Of a DNA stretch of 64,000 nucleotides, positions 30,274-39,976 are shown in pieces. Numbering within the stretch: the stretch's first letter is position 1; each line of letters begins with the position of its first letter. The translations under genes were made by a program, and so were the position numbers. The stretch is from Lachnospiraceae bacterium. GTDB lineage: Bacteria; Bacillota; Clostridia; Lachnospirales; Lachnospiraceae. A model generated the notes under the pieces. It did not search any database and had not been told where the DNA came from. It worked only from the letters and a program-made list of their open reading frames with translations. Where the stretch lies: NCBI GenBank assembly GCA_045221675.1, contig JBGUWZ010000012.1, forward strand, positions 15,278-79,277. Direction: 5' to 3'.

Positions 30274-31391
30274 TCCGCTTCCTCCCCGCTGCCTGCTTCT
30301 TTCCGTGTTACCGGAAGCCCGTCGTCCGCAGCCGTGTCAGATTCCCCGTTTTCCGGCTCCTTTTCATCAGAAACCGCCCCTGTCTGCGTCATCGCAGAAG
30401 TCTGGCTTTCTTGCGACTCAGCGTCTTCTGTCATCTCATCATCTTTGTCATCATAATCTTCATCTTCAGCATCCGTCAGTTCAAGGAAAATATCCTCAAG
30501 GCTTGCTCTCCGGACGTCAACACTATAATAGGCGCACCCGCCGGCAGCAAGTGCCGCAATAATATCCTTTCTCGGGTCACCCTCGCCGTCAAAGGTCACG
30601 ATGGCCGTGACATTGCCCTCGCCGTCATCTGTGAAATCCACTTCGCTCACGTGCGCAAGACCTTCCAGAACAGGGCGCATCTCATCCGCCCGTGCAGGGG
30701 ATGTAATGGTGACAGTGGCGCCTGCACTCTTTCTGGCAAGGTTCTCGGGAGAATCCAGCGCGACAAGGCGCCCCCGGGACATAATGAGGACTGTATCGCA
30801 GATTTCACTCACCTCTGCTAAAATATGGGAGCTCAGTATGACCGTGTGCCGTCTGCCGAGGGACTTTATAAGCTCGCGGATCTCGATAATCTGCTTCGGA
30901 TCAAGTCCGACCGTCGGCTCGTCCAGTATAAGTGTCTCCGGATCTCCTATGATGGCCTGGGCAAAACCTACTCTCTGCTTATATCCCTTCGAGAGATGAC
31001 GGATCAGTCTGTCCGCGACGTCCATAATGGACAGCTCCTGCATGGCGTGGACCACAGCCAGTTTTACTTCCTTCCGCGGGACCTTCTTAAGCTCCGCGGC
31101 AAATGTCAGATACTCCCGCACCGTCATATCCGGATACAGCGGGGGAATCTCGGGCAGATAGCCGATCGTCCTCTTGGCTTTTTCCGGCTCCTCGAGAATG
31201 TTATAGCCGTTTATAATGACATCACCCTCGGTGGCAGCAAGATATCCTGTCATGATATTCATTGTCGTGGACTTTCCGGCGCCGTTCGGTCCCAGAAAAC
31301 CGTAGACCTGACCTTCATCTACTTTAAAGCTCAGATGATCGACCGCGATGTGATCTCCGTATTTTTTCGTAAGATTTCTCACTTCAATCAA
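30270..31391 (-). CDS. ABC transporter ATP-binding protein (GldA-like)
   Basis: GPNGAGKST, LSKGYKQR, LILDEPTVGLD; acidic tail. Confidence 0.92.
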   Translation of the reverse strand: MIEVRNLTKKYGDHIAVDHLSFKVDEGQVYGFLGPNGAGKSTTMNIMTGYLAATEGDVIINGYNILEEPEKAKRTIGYLPEIPPLYPDMTVREYLTFAAELKKVPRKEVKLAVVHAMQELSIMDVADRLIRHLSKGYKQRVGFAQAIIGDPETLILDEPTVGLDPKQIIEIRELIKSLGRRHTVILSSHILAEVSEICDTVLIMSRGRLVALDSPENLARKSAGATVTITSPARADEMRPVLEGLAHVSEVDFTDDGEGNVTAIVTFDGEGDPRKDIIAALAAGGCAYYSVDVRRASLEDIFLELTDAEDEDYDDKDDEMTEDAESQESQTSAMTQTGAVSDEKEPENGESDTAADDGLPVTRKEAGSGEEAE

Positions 31392-31546
31392 AGCGTACTT
31401 CCTCCTTTGTAACCCACTGTATCATAATGGCACTTTGTGTCAGGTTTGTGAAGTCCGATTTTTATTTCAGCCATCGCTGCCCCAAAAGAGAAGGACTGCC
31501 GCGTAAGCAGCAGTCCTCCATCTCTGTATTTTGCGCAAACTCTTGA

Positions 31547-31987
31547 TTAATCTCCGAAAATCTTCTCGAGCTCATCCTGGCAGATGACCTTGACACCGTT
31601 CTTTTTGAGAATGTCGGCAGCGGCGGCGTTGTCAGCAACCTTGATGACCAGGTAAGCCTTGTCCTTCTCGCGGGTGAGGAAAGCATAGGTATACTCGAGA
31701 TTAATATTCTGTTCACCGAGCAGTGCGAGAATCTCGGACAGAGCGCCCGGCCTGTCTTCCATCTCGACCGTGAGGACCTTAGTGATCTGGCATACATATC
31801 CCTCATCCTTCAGGACAGTGACTGTATCATAGACATTATCCACGATGACACGAGCAATGCCGAAATCCATAGCGTCCGCCACGCACATGGCCCGCATATC
31901 GATATTGTTCTTCTGCAGGACCTTGCAGAATTCGGCGAGTGTTCCCGGTCTGTTTTCAAGAAATACAGATATCTGCTTTGTCGTCAT
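31547..31987 (-). CDS. Tandem ACT domain protein
   Basis: QISVFLENRPGTL, EDRPGAL; usual partner of phenylacetate-CoA ligase. Confidence 0.88.
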   Translation of the reverse strand: MTTKQISVFLENRPGTLAEFCKVLQKNNIDMRAMCVADAMDFGIARVIVDNVYDTVTVLKDEGYVCQITKVLTVEMEDRPGALSEILALLGEQNINLEYTYAFLTREKDKAYLVIKVADNAAAADILKKNGVKVICQDELEKIFGD

Positions 31988-32020
31988 AGTATTTACCTCC
32001 TCAAAAGGTGTGTGTAATTA

Positions 32021-33328
32021 TTATCCTTTATAAAGGTTGCGTTTGTCAATAACGCGGACAGCTTTTCCTTCGGAGCGGACGATGCTCTTCGGAGTGACAA
32101 GCTTGACATCCGCATGGATACCCAGCATGGACTTGAGACCGGCGACAAGCTCTCTCTCCTTCGCGGAGACCTTGGACAGCTCATCGGAGAACATCTCCGG
32201 AGTCATCTCCACACGGACTTCAAGCGAATCGCTGTTCTTATGGCGATCGACAATGATCTGATAGTTAGCTGCATATCCATGGTTCAGGAGGACAGTCTCG
32301 ATCTGTGATGGGAATACGTTGACGCCCTTGACAATAAGCATGTCGTCGGAGCGGCCGAGAGGCTTCGTCATCTTTACAAATGTACGTCCGCAGGAGCACT
32401 TCTCTCTGGACAGGATGCAGATATCTTTTGTGCGGTAACGAAGGAGCGGGAAAGCTTCTTTTGCAAATGAAGTAAACACCAGCTCACCCTTCTCGCCTTC
32501 CGGAAGGACTTCACCGGTCTTCGGATCAATGATCTCGGCAATGAAGTAGTCTTCATTGATATGCATACCGCTCTGCTCCTGGCACTCGAATGAAACACCG
32601 GGACCCGAGATCTCTGTCAGGCCGTAAATATCATATGCCTTGATACCGAGAGTCTGCTCGATATCACGGCGCATTTCCTCTGTCCAGGCTTCAGCGCCGA
32701 AAATGCCGGCTTTGAGGTGAATCTTGTCCCGGACCCCTCTCTCCTGGATAGACTCACCAAGATACGCGGCATAGGACGGCGTGCAGCACAGGACTGTCGC
32801 GCCGAGATCCGTCATAAACTGGATCTGGCGGTCTGTATTTCCCGAAGACATGGGCAGGGTCAGGCAGCCAACTCTGTGGGAGCCGCCGTTGAGTCCGGCA
32901 CCGCCCGTGAAAAGACCGTATCCATAGCTGACTTGTACCACATCATCCTCGTTGGCTCCCGCAGCAGTCAGCGCGCGCGCGCAGCACTCTTCCCAGAGAT
33001 CAATGTCATTCTGCGTATAGAAAGCAACGACGCGGCGTCCTGTGGTTCCGGAAGTACTCTGGATGCGGACACAGTCTGAGAGCGGTCTTGCCATCAGGCC
33101 GTAGGGGTACGCATCTCGGAGATCGTCCTTTGTGAGGAATGGAAGCTTGTGAAGATCCTCAATGCCTTTAATATCATCAGGTGTGACCCCTTTTTTCTCC
33201 ATCTTCTTTCGATAGTAGGGAACATTGTCCCATACTCTCTTCACGCAGTCGACAAGGCCTGCGTTCTGCCATTCAATAACCTGTTCCCGGGAAGCGGTCT
33301 CCTTCTCCGGAGAGAAATACTTGCTCAT
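32021..33328 (-). CDS. paaK: Phenylacetate-CoA ligase family protein
   Basis: STSGTTG, YGYGLFTGG, YDIYGLTEISGPG, GRSDDMLIVKGVNVFP. Confidence 0.9.
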   Translation of the reverse strand: MSKYFSPEKETASREQVIEWQNAGLVDCVKRVWDNVPYYRKKMEKKGVTPDDIKGIEDLHKLPFLTKDDLRDAYPYGLMARPLSDCVRIQSTSGTTGRRVVAFYTQNDIDLWEECCARALTAAGANEDDVVQVSYGYGLFTGGAGLNGGSHRVGCLTLPMSSGNTDRQIQFMTDLGATVLCCTPSYAAYLGESIQERGVRDKIHLKAGIFGAEAWTEEMRRDIEQTLGIKAYDIYGLTEISGPGVSFECQEQSGMHINEDYFIAEIIDPKTGEVLPEGEKGELVFTSFAKEAFPLLRYRTKDICILSREKCSCGRTFVKMTKPLGRSDDMLIVKGVNVFPSQIETVLLNHGYAANYQIIVDRHKNSDSLEVRVEMTPEMFSDELSKVSAKERELVAGLKSMLGIHADVKLVTPKSIVRSEGKAVRVIDKRNLYKG

Positions 33329-33601
33329 AATAATAGCTCCTCTCTACTATATAGCACTTAGGCAATTGCGAGACCTGACGTGATCTCGGATGCCTGATAA
33401 AGTACTGGTTGAAATTTTATCACTTTAAAGCGGTGTAATGCAATAGTTAATTTATATTTAGAATAAATATATTTAAGTTTATCTCAATTTAATCTATGGT
33501 TTACTAACCCCGGATTATGCGATATGATAGCTAAAACTTCCTGCGGCGGACACATGCATTTGCCCATGGCCTGCTGATATAAGACGTTTCATGAGGTGAT
33601 T

Positions 33602-34324
33602 ATGGAAAACACGATAAGAATAACAGCCGGAGAACTCAGGAATTTCTATACAGCTCTACTGGCAAAGCTGGACTTTGATTCTGCCAGAAGGCGGACCCTT
33701 TCGGAGATCATACTGGCATCTTCCGACTATCAGGCTGCCTCAGTTCTTTTTGACCGGGTCACATCCGGTCTCATCGATCCGAAAGCCCTGCCGGTGCACG
33801 TCGGCAAAAGACGCCGTTCGGTGATGATAGACGGTACCCGCACCGAGCCTCATCTCACATGCCTTCTGGCTATGGAATGCGCGTGCGAGACCGCTGCGTC
33901 CGAAGGTGTAGGCATGGTTCTTGTCCGCGGCCTCCTGCCGGTCCGACGGCTCAGACTTTACGAGAAAGTCGCTGCCGCCCACGGCCTTGCTGCCGTAGTC
34001 AGAGAAGCCGTCTATGAGGATGATACAGACACAAAAATAACCCACAGCTTTCTCGCTGTGGATCCGGGGCACTTCGGAGACCGTAAAGATCTCACGCCGC
34101 TCCTTATTGAATTTGCTCAAAAAACCGGTGATGCGGGGATCCCGACTCCATTCGGCATCGATCCTGCGTTTGAAAAAGAAGGCACCGCACGCACCTACAC
34201 AGGCAGCGTGACCGCTGCCTTTAAGAACAGAGACGCAATCGAAGTCCCGTCCTTAGTCGCAGATGACTGGAACGAGATCGCCGCCGCGCTGGAAATAAAA
34301 TCTCCGCTCACCGGAACAGTCTAA
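33602..34324 (+). CDS. Degenerate Ldh_2 (AllD/YiaK-like) oxidoreductase-fold protein
   Basis: Fold-like segments GVGMVLVR and FLAVDPGHF; family His motifs and central region are absent. Confidence 0.6.
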   Translation: MENTIRITAGELRNFYTALLAKLDFDSARRRTLSEIILASSDYQAASVLFDRVTSGLIDPKALPVHVGKRRRSVMIDGTRTEPHLTCLLAMECACETAASEGVGMVLVRGLLPVRRLRLYEKVAAAHGLAAVVREAVYEDDTDTKITHSFLAVDPGHFGDRKDLTPLLIEFAQKTGDAGIPTPFGIDPAFEKEGTARTYTGSVTAAFKNRDAIEVPSLVADDWNEIAAALEIKSPLTGTV

Positions 34325-34743
34325 ATCACAAGCGTCTCTTTGCCGAAACCAAGCGGAAGCAGCTCACCCAGGGTGAGCTCTTTTGTTTCTTCGGGGGATT
34401 TCGCGAGGATCACGATGAATGTATCGGGGTCACAGAATTCTCTGAGCACCTGACGGCATACACCGCAGGGCGGACAGAAATCTGTGACCTCGCCTTCCTT
34501 TCCGCCGACAATACAGATCGCTGCGAAATCGCGCTCACCGCACGCGACCGCGCGGAAGACAGCAGTCCTCTCCGCGCAGTTCGACGGGCCGTATGCGGCG
34601 TTTTCAACGTTGCATCCTCCGTACAGCATGCCATTTGCGCCAAGGAGGGCAGCTCCGACTTTAAAATGGCTGTAGGGGGCATATGAATACTCTAACATTC
34701 GGAAGGCTTCAGTGACCATTTCCTTTTTGACCTGTTCGTTCAT
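34321..34743 (-). CDS. cdd: Cytidine deaminase
   Basis: YAPYSHFKVGAAL, NVENAAY, CAERTA, PCGVCRQ. Confidence 0.96.
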   Translation of the reverse strand: MNEQVKKEMVTEAFRMLEYSYAPYSHFKVGAALLGANGMLYGGCNVENAAYGPSNCAERTAVFRAVACGERDFAAICIVGGKEGEVTDFCPPCGVCRQVLREFCDPDTFIVILAKSPEETKELTLGELLPLGFGKETLVI

Positions 34744-34876
34744 ATAAGTCTCCCTGATCATGACAGACACGAGTTCCGCTCGCAAAACTTAAAGTTGATT
34801 CGGGTCAGCGTCAGCTGATTCCGAGAACGCCCCGGCGTTCTTGCCGCGATGTGTGCAGTGCGAGAGCGCCTGTCTC

Positions 34877-35599
34877 TCAGACAGCTGTCTCGAGCGCAAG
34901 CTCCATCATCTTCGTAAAGGTCTTCTGGCGATCCTCGGCACTCAGTTCCTTCCCTGAATAGATTTCATCGGAAATAGTGAAAATGGCGAGCGCATTCTTG
35001 TTCCAGCGGGCTGCATTCATGTAGAGGGCAGCTGCCTCCATCTCGAGGCAGATGATGCCCATCTTGCCCCATATCGCGGGAACGTCTCTGTCCATGTTAT
35101 AGAATACATCCTCTGACAGGCAGTTGCCGACAACGATGTCTGTGCCGAGGCGCTCTGCGGTCTTCGCGCATTTGTAGAGAAGATCCCAGGACGCGATTGC
35201 TGAGAAATGTCCGTTCAGGCAATACTGGTCCTGCCATGCCGAGGTCGTGCTTGCTCCCTCTGCCACCACTATGTCGTTGATGTGGACGTTCTCATTGATC
35301 GAACCGGCTGAGCCGATGCGGATCAGGTTCTCGCACCCATAATAATTAAAAAGTTCAAATGAGTAAATGCCTATGGACGGCATTCCCATCCCGCTGCCCA
35401 TAACGGAAACTTCTTTCCCCTTATAGGTCCCGGTATATCCGAGGATATTCCGGACTCCGTTCACAAGGCGCGCATTTTCAAGAAAGTTTTCGGCAATAAA
35501 CTTTGCTCTCAGCGGATCTCCCGGCAAAAGGCAGGTCTTTGCGAAGTCTCCCGGCATCGCTGAATTGTGCGGGGTAGGTGTGTGTGCAATATGAGCCAT
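34877..35599 (-). CDS. deoD: Purine nucleoside phosphorylase
   Basis: PGDPLRAK, GSGMGMPS, RIGSAG, LEMEAAAL. Confidence 0.95.
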   Translation of the reverse strand: MAHIAHTPTPHNSAMPGDFAKTCLLPGDPLRAKFIAENFLENARLVNGVRNILGYTGTYKGKEVSVMGSGMGMPSIGIYSFELFNYYGCENLIRIGSAGSINENVHINDIVVAEGASTTSAWQDQYCLNGHFSAIASWDLLYKCAKTAERLGTDIVVGNCLSEDVFYNMDRDVPAIWGKMGIICLEMEAAALYMNAARWNKNALAIFTISDEIYSGKELSAEDRQKTFTKMMELALETAV

Positions 35600-35617
35600 A
35601 GTCTCCTCCTTTCAAAA

Positions 35618-36382
35618 TTACAGTTCTTTAATTGCCTCTATTGCGACCCTGATGCACAGATCGGTGTCGCGCACGACCGGGTTTTCAAGCCCCAGCTTTG
35701 CTCTCTCCTGATTGGCCATGACCAGCATGACCGCACCGACGCGGACCCCTCTGGCAGCACCTGCAATAAAGAGAGTCGAGCTCTCCATCTCGGAGCCGAG
35801 GCATCCCATCCGGACCCAGGCATCCCATTTGTTCACAAGCTCATAGGACACCGGCATTTTCTCCGGTTCGTGCTGTCCGTAGAATGCGTCTTTGCACTGC
35901 ACGACACCGACGTGGTACGGCGCGCCGATGGTCTTCGCTGCCCTGACAAGGGCTGTAGTGACCTCATAATCCGCTGCCGCCGGATACTCGATCGGGGCAT
36001 ACTCTCTGCTTGTGCCATCCATGCGCACAGCCGCCGTCGCCACTATGACATCACCGCTCTTCACATCCGTCTGCATGCCGCCGCATGTACCGACGCGGAT
36101 AAACGTATGCGCACCGCATCGGACAAGTTCCTCGAGGGCGATGGCTGCGGATGGGCCACCGATGCCGGTCGACGTGACTGACACTTTCTTACCTGCGACA
36201 GTGCCTGTGTAGGTAACATACTCCCTGTTGTCCGCGATGAAGACGGGATCGTCGAAATACTTTGCGATCTTCGCGCACCGCTTCGGGTCACCCGGCAGTA
36301 TGACGATCTCGCCAACCTCCCCGGGGGCCACCTGAATGTGATACAGCTTTTCTTTGTCTGCCGAATAATTGATCATTTGCAC
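35618..36382 (-). CDS. udp: Uridine phosphorylase
   Basis: [29 protein letters not shown]. Confidence 0.93.
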   Translation of the reverse strand: MQMINYSADKEKLYHIQVAPGEVGEIVILPGDPKRCAKIAKYFDDPVFIADNREYVTYTGTVAGKKVSVTSTGIGGPSAAIALEELVRCGAHTFIRVGTCGGMQTDVKSGDVIVATAAVRMDGTSREYAPIEYPAAADYEVTTALVRAAKTIGAPYHVGVVQCKDAFYGQHEPEKMPVSYELVNKWDAWVRMGCLGSEMESSTLFIAGAARGVRVGAVMLVMANQERAKLGLENPVVRDTDLCIRVAIEAIKEL

Positions 36383-36475
36383 CTCCGTTCGTCACTGTCC
36401 ATCAGATTGAATTATCTGCTGAGCTCATTTTACCGTTTTACTTTTTTACCGGCTGCCTGGATGGCATGTGCAGGA

Positions 36476-36886
36476 TCATCTTCCAAATGCAAGTACAGTG
36501 AGCGCGAGGCAGATGACTCCGACAGGAATCATGAAGATTGCCCTGCCGACACCCTTGAATCTGTTGATCCTGAATGTGTCCGGGTGATAAATGTGCTTCC
36601 ATATCGTGTACGTCTCTCCCGGCACATATGCCTGGGCATCCTTGACGCTGAACTTATCCTCCGATACGCCGGGTGCTTCAACACCGTGTATTTTGATCCT
36701 GAACAGCAGCTGTCTTCTTTCAGTCTCTTTCCCTATGGCCTTTTTATTTCTGACAGGCTTTTCGAAAACTCCCTCATCCCTGACTTTATAGAAAAAGAAT
36801 GGCTGAATAATAAAATTAACCCCGCCCATGATCATGACGACCGAGATGAACAGAAGCAAAAATCCTACTGACTGAAATAAATCCAT
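36476..36886 (-). CDS. Hypothetical membrane protein (two terminal TMs)
   Basis: ORF with GAGAGG RBS and hydrophobic termini. Confidence 0.6.
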   Translation of the reverse strand: MDLFQSVGFLLLFISVVMIMGGVNFIIQPFFFYKVRDEGVFEKPVRNKKAIGKETERRQLLFRIKIHGVEAPGVSEDKFSVKDAQAYVPGETYTIWKHIYHPDTFRINRFKGVGRAIFMIPVGVICLALTVLAFGR

Positions 36887-37316
36887 ACAATACCTCTCTC
36901 ACACCGCACCGTTTCCTCGCGGCATCGTTTCTTAAATATGTTCACTATTATCGCACATGTTTCCGGTCATGCCTACAAAAAGCAGGTAAAAAATGCGAAC
37001 GGATCCGATTTTTAGAATTTCATCTCAAACTTTTTATTTTTACTTTATAAAATTTATTATTTTTTCAGTCCACGTACAAATTCGTTTCACATTTACCCTG
37101 TATAGTATACACCAGATAGAGAAACAACCACTCACTATCTCCCCCCTCATTAAGAATAAGAGAGAGAGACCTGCAAAGGTCTCTTTTTCTTATGTCCGAT
37201 TCTCCCCGGTCTCTTCAATGCGGTGGTGTACCGTTATCCGGCCACCGGCAATCTTACGTGTCAGTTTCGCTGCTGAGATCATACAGGCGGCTGCCGGATT
37301 GGGGCTTACACCTGAA

Positions 37317-37949
37317 TCAGATATTCTTAGCGCATATGTCAGACAGGCAGCACCTGTCACAGTATGGCTTTGTCCTCGCCGTGCATACATCTCTTCCGTG
37401 CTCGACGAGCCTGTGGCACAGGGCATTGCCCTCCTCCGGCGGCACGATTTTCCAGAGAGCCATCTCGACCTTCTTCGGGTCCTTTACTCCGTCCACAAGG
37501 CCGATGCGGTTCGTCAGCCGTATGCAGTGCGTATCCGTGACGATGGCCGGCTTGCCAAAGACATCTCCCATAATGAGATTGGCGCTCTTCCGCCCCACTC
37601 CTGGCAGTTTGAGCAGTTCATCAAATGAATCCGGCACCTTCCCCTGATACTTATCCCTCAATATTCGCATGCAGGCGCTGATATCCCTGGCTTTACTCCT
37701 GCCCAGGCCGCATGGGCGGACAATCTCCTCGATTTCTTCGGGTGTCGCTTCCGCGAGCGCATTGACATCCGGATATTTTTTATACAGTTCTTCGACGATC
37801 ACATTGACTCTGGCGTCGGTACACTGGGCTGCCAGCCGCACACTGACAAGCAGCTTCCAGGCTTCGTCGTAATCCAGTGTGCAGTCCGCGTCCGGGTACT
37901 CTGCTGCAAGGCGCCTGATGACTTCCAATGCTAGTTTTTTCTTATTCAT
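37317..37949 (-). CDS. nth: Endonuclease III
   Basis: LAAQCTD, LPGVGRKSAN HhH, C-terminal 4Fe-4S cysteine cluster; start set to the RBS-preceded ATG. Confidence 0.95.
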   Translation of the reverse strand: MNKKKLALEVIRRLAAEYPDADCTLDYDEAWKLLVSVRLAAQCTDARVNVIVEELYKKYPDVNALAEATPEEIEEIVRPCGLGRSKARDISACMRILRDKYQGKVPDSFDELLKLPGVGRKSANLIMGDVFGKPAIVTDTHCIRLTNRIGLVDGVKDPKKVEMALWKIVPPEEGNALCHRLVEHGRDVCTARTKPYCDRCCLSDICAKNI

Positions 37950-38324
37950 ATAAATACTCCTTTTCACTCCCGGTATTATACCACAGGATGACCGCTCTGT
38001 CATTTTGCGTTTCCCTGATACGCAAAGTATAATCCGCTCATTATAAAGCTGTTCAGACAGGCTTATCTTACATGTCGTTAACGGCGGCAAAGCATCCATC
38101 TTCGTGAGAAAAGCATTGCAGGTCCGACTGAGAGACCAAAAAGCGTTAGCTTTTTTGGCTCGTAGGGAAGTGACCTGCGTTTTTCGATGAAGATGATGTT
38201 TGCGCCGGTTTATGGAACTCTGCTCCAGCCTGTCTGAACTGTTAGCCATTGTATCGAAAAGATGCGAATTTTTCATATAAACGCCCCTTCATTTGTGGAA
38301 AACGGCGGACTTTTTTCAAACCAC

Positions 38325-38353
38325 TTGACAGCAGGTGTGTTTTAGTGTATACA
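38325..38353 (+). promoter_or_regulatory. sigma-A-type promoter of the PTS EIIC gene
   Basis: TTGACA-17 bp-TATACA. Confidence 0.7.
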
Positions 38354-38445
38354 TGTGTCTTGTCAGTAGTAAATACATCTGTTGACGACAACATGGTAAA
38401 AGCACAGAACAATACATCTGTTTTCCAAAAAGGAGGAAACTGATC

Positions 38446-39537
38446 ATGAATAAATTCAAAGCTTTCCTTAAGCGCAAGGACATTGAGATCTCTGTCAAAC
38501 GTTACCTGATCGACGCTCTCGGAGCAATGGCACAGGGTCTCTTCTGCTCATTGCTCATCGGGACCATCATCAACACGATCGGTTCTCAGTTCCACATCGG
38601 TTTCCTCACGACACCGGTCGCTACAGTTGCCGGAGCCGAATACACCATCGGAGGTCTTGCTACAGCCATGAGCGGACCCGCGATGGCAGTCGCCATCGGA
38701 TCAGCCCTGCACTGCCCCCCGCTTGTACTGTTCTCACTGATCACAGTAGGCTTTGCGTCTAACGCTCTCGGCGGAGCCGGCGGTCCGCTGGCAGTGCTCT
38801 TTATTGCCATCATCGCATCCGAAATCGGAAAAATGGTCTCAAAGGAGACCAGGGTTGATATTCTTGTCACACCGCTCGTGACCATAGGTGTCGGTGTTGC
38901 GCTCTCCGCATGGTGGGCTCCGGCCATCGGCACGGCTGCCATGCACGTCGGTGATTTCATCAAGTGGGCAACAGAACTGCAGCCGTTCCTCATGGGTATT
39001 CTGGTCTCGCTCGTTGTCGGCGTAGCACTGACACTGCCGATCTCCTCGGCTGCTATCTGTGCAGCACTGGGTCTTACAGGTCTCGCGGGCGGTGCCGCTG
39101 TCGCGGGGTGCTGCGCACAGATGGTCGGATTTGCAGTTATGTCTTTTCCAGAGAATAAGTGGGGCGGCCTCGTCTCCCAGGGAATCGGCACATCCATGCT
39201 TCAGATGGGCAACATTGTCAAGAATCCGCGCATCTGGATTGCTCCCTGCATCACAAGCATGATCACCGGACCGATCGCGACCTGCGTTTTCCGCCTCCAG
39301 ATGAACGGCGCGGCAGTCAGCTCCGGCATGGGAACATGCGGTCTGGTCGGCCAGATCGGCGTCTACACAGGCTGGCTGAACGACATCGCTGCCGGGACAA
39401 AAACCGCCATCACGGCTTCCGACTGGATTGGTCTCATCATGATCAGCTTCATTCTGCCGGCAATCCTCTGCCCGCTCATCAACGCTGCGCTGAATCGCAT
39501 CGGCTGGGTCAAGGCCGGCGACCTTGCCCTTTCCTGA
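38446..39537 (+). CDS. PTS sugar transporter EIIC-type membrane protein
   Basis: ALGAMAQGLF, LTLPISSAA, GTSMLQMGNI, GMGTCGLVG; stand-alone EIIC family. Confidence 0.82.
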   Translation: MNKFKAFLKRKDIEISVKRYLIDALGAMAQGLFCSLLIGTIINTIGSQFHIGFLTTPVATVAGAEYTIGGLATAMSGPAMAVAIGSALHCPPLVLFSLITVGFASNALGGAGGPLAVLFIAIIASEIGKMVSKETRVDILVTPLVTIGVGVALSAWWAPAIGTAAMHVGDFIKWATELQPFLMGILVSLVVGVALTLPISSAAICAALGLTGLAGGAAVAGCCAQMVGFAVMSFPENKWGGLVSQGIGTSMLQMGNIVKNPRIWIAPCITSMITGPIATCVFRLQMNGAAVSSGMGTCGLVGQIGVYTGWLNDIAAGTKTAITASDWIGLIMISFILPAILCPLINAALNRIGWVKAGDLALS

Positions 39538-39565
39538 TGGGCTGTCATGAACTGAGATATAGATG

Positions 39566-39620
39566 AACTTCCCTCCTAAATGCGTCTGCGGCGCGCAGCG
39601 CAATCAGGAGGGAAGTTTTT
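39566..39620 (+). terminator. Terminator after PTS EIIC
   Basis: AACTTCCCTCCT...AGGAGGGAAGTT followed by a T run. Confidence 0.65.
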
Positions 39621-39976
39621 TACATTTCGGGAAATTCATTTTGATGCAATTATATGTGACAAACTGTTTCCAATTTTATACAAGGATTTTTTCATAATAT
39701 CTTGAAATACAAATGCTGAAAAGAGTATTATAATAATGGTTTCAGAAGACTATTATAATAACGTCTCTGCATTTCGGCATCAGGAACCACACGGTTTTTC
39801 GGAAGTGCCCGGCTACATTAATATTTTAACTTACTTTGCTTACGCACCCGAGCGAAAAACCCCTTGCCCGGCGTAAGAGCGGCCCGTCCATTTATCTGGA
39901 CGGGCCGTTTTAATCTCTGGTGTAATTTCTCGTGACGAATGTCTATGCGGCAGGGACGCCGAGGCCTTCCTGCTTT

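Noticed and set aside
34803-34818. 16-nt match (GGTCAGCGTCAGCTGA) to the reverse complement of 10465-10480
   Set aside because: A single short hairpin match without shared flanks; too weak to call a repeat family
37030-37135. 31-codon minus-strand ORF (MSGCFSIWC...) after a G-rich SD-like run
   Set aside because: AT-rich intergenic DNA, no homology recognisable, no independent support
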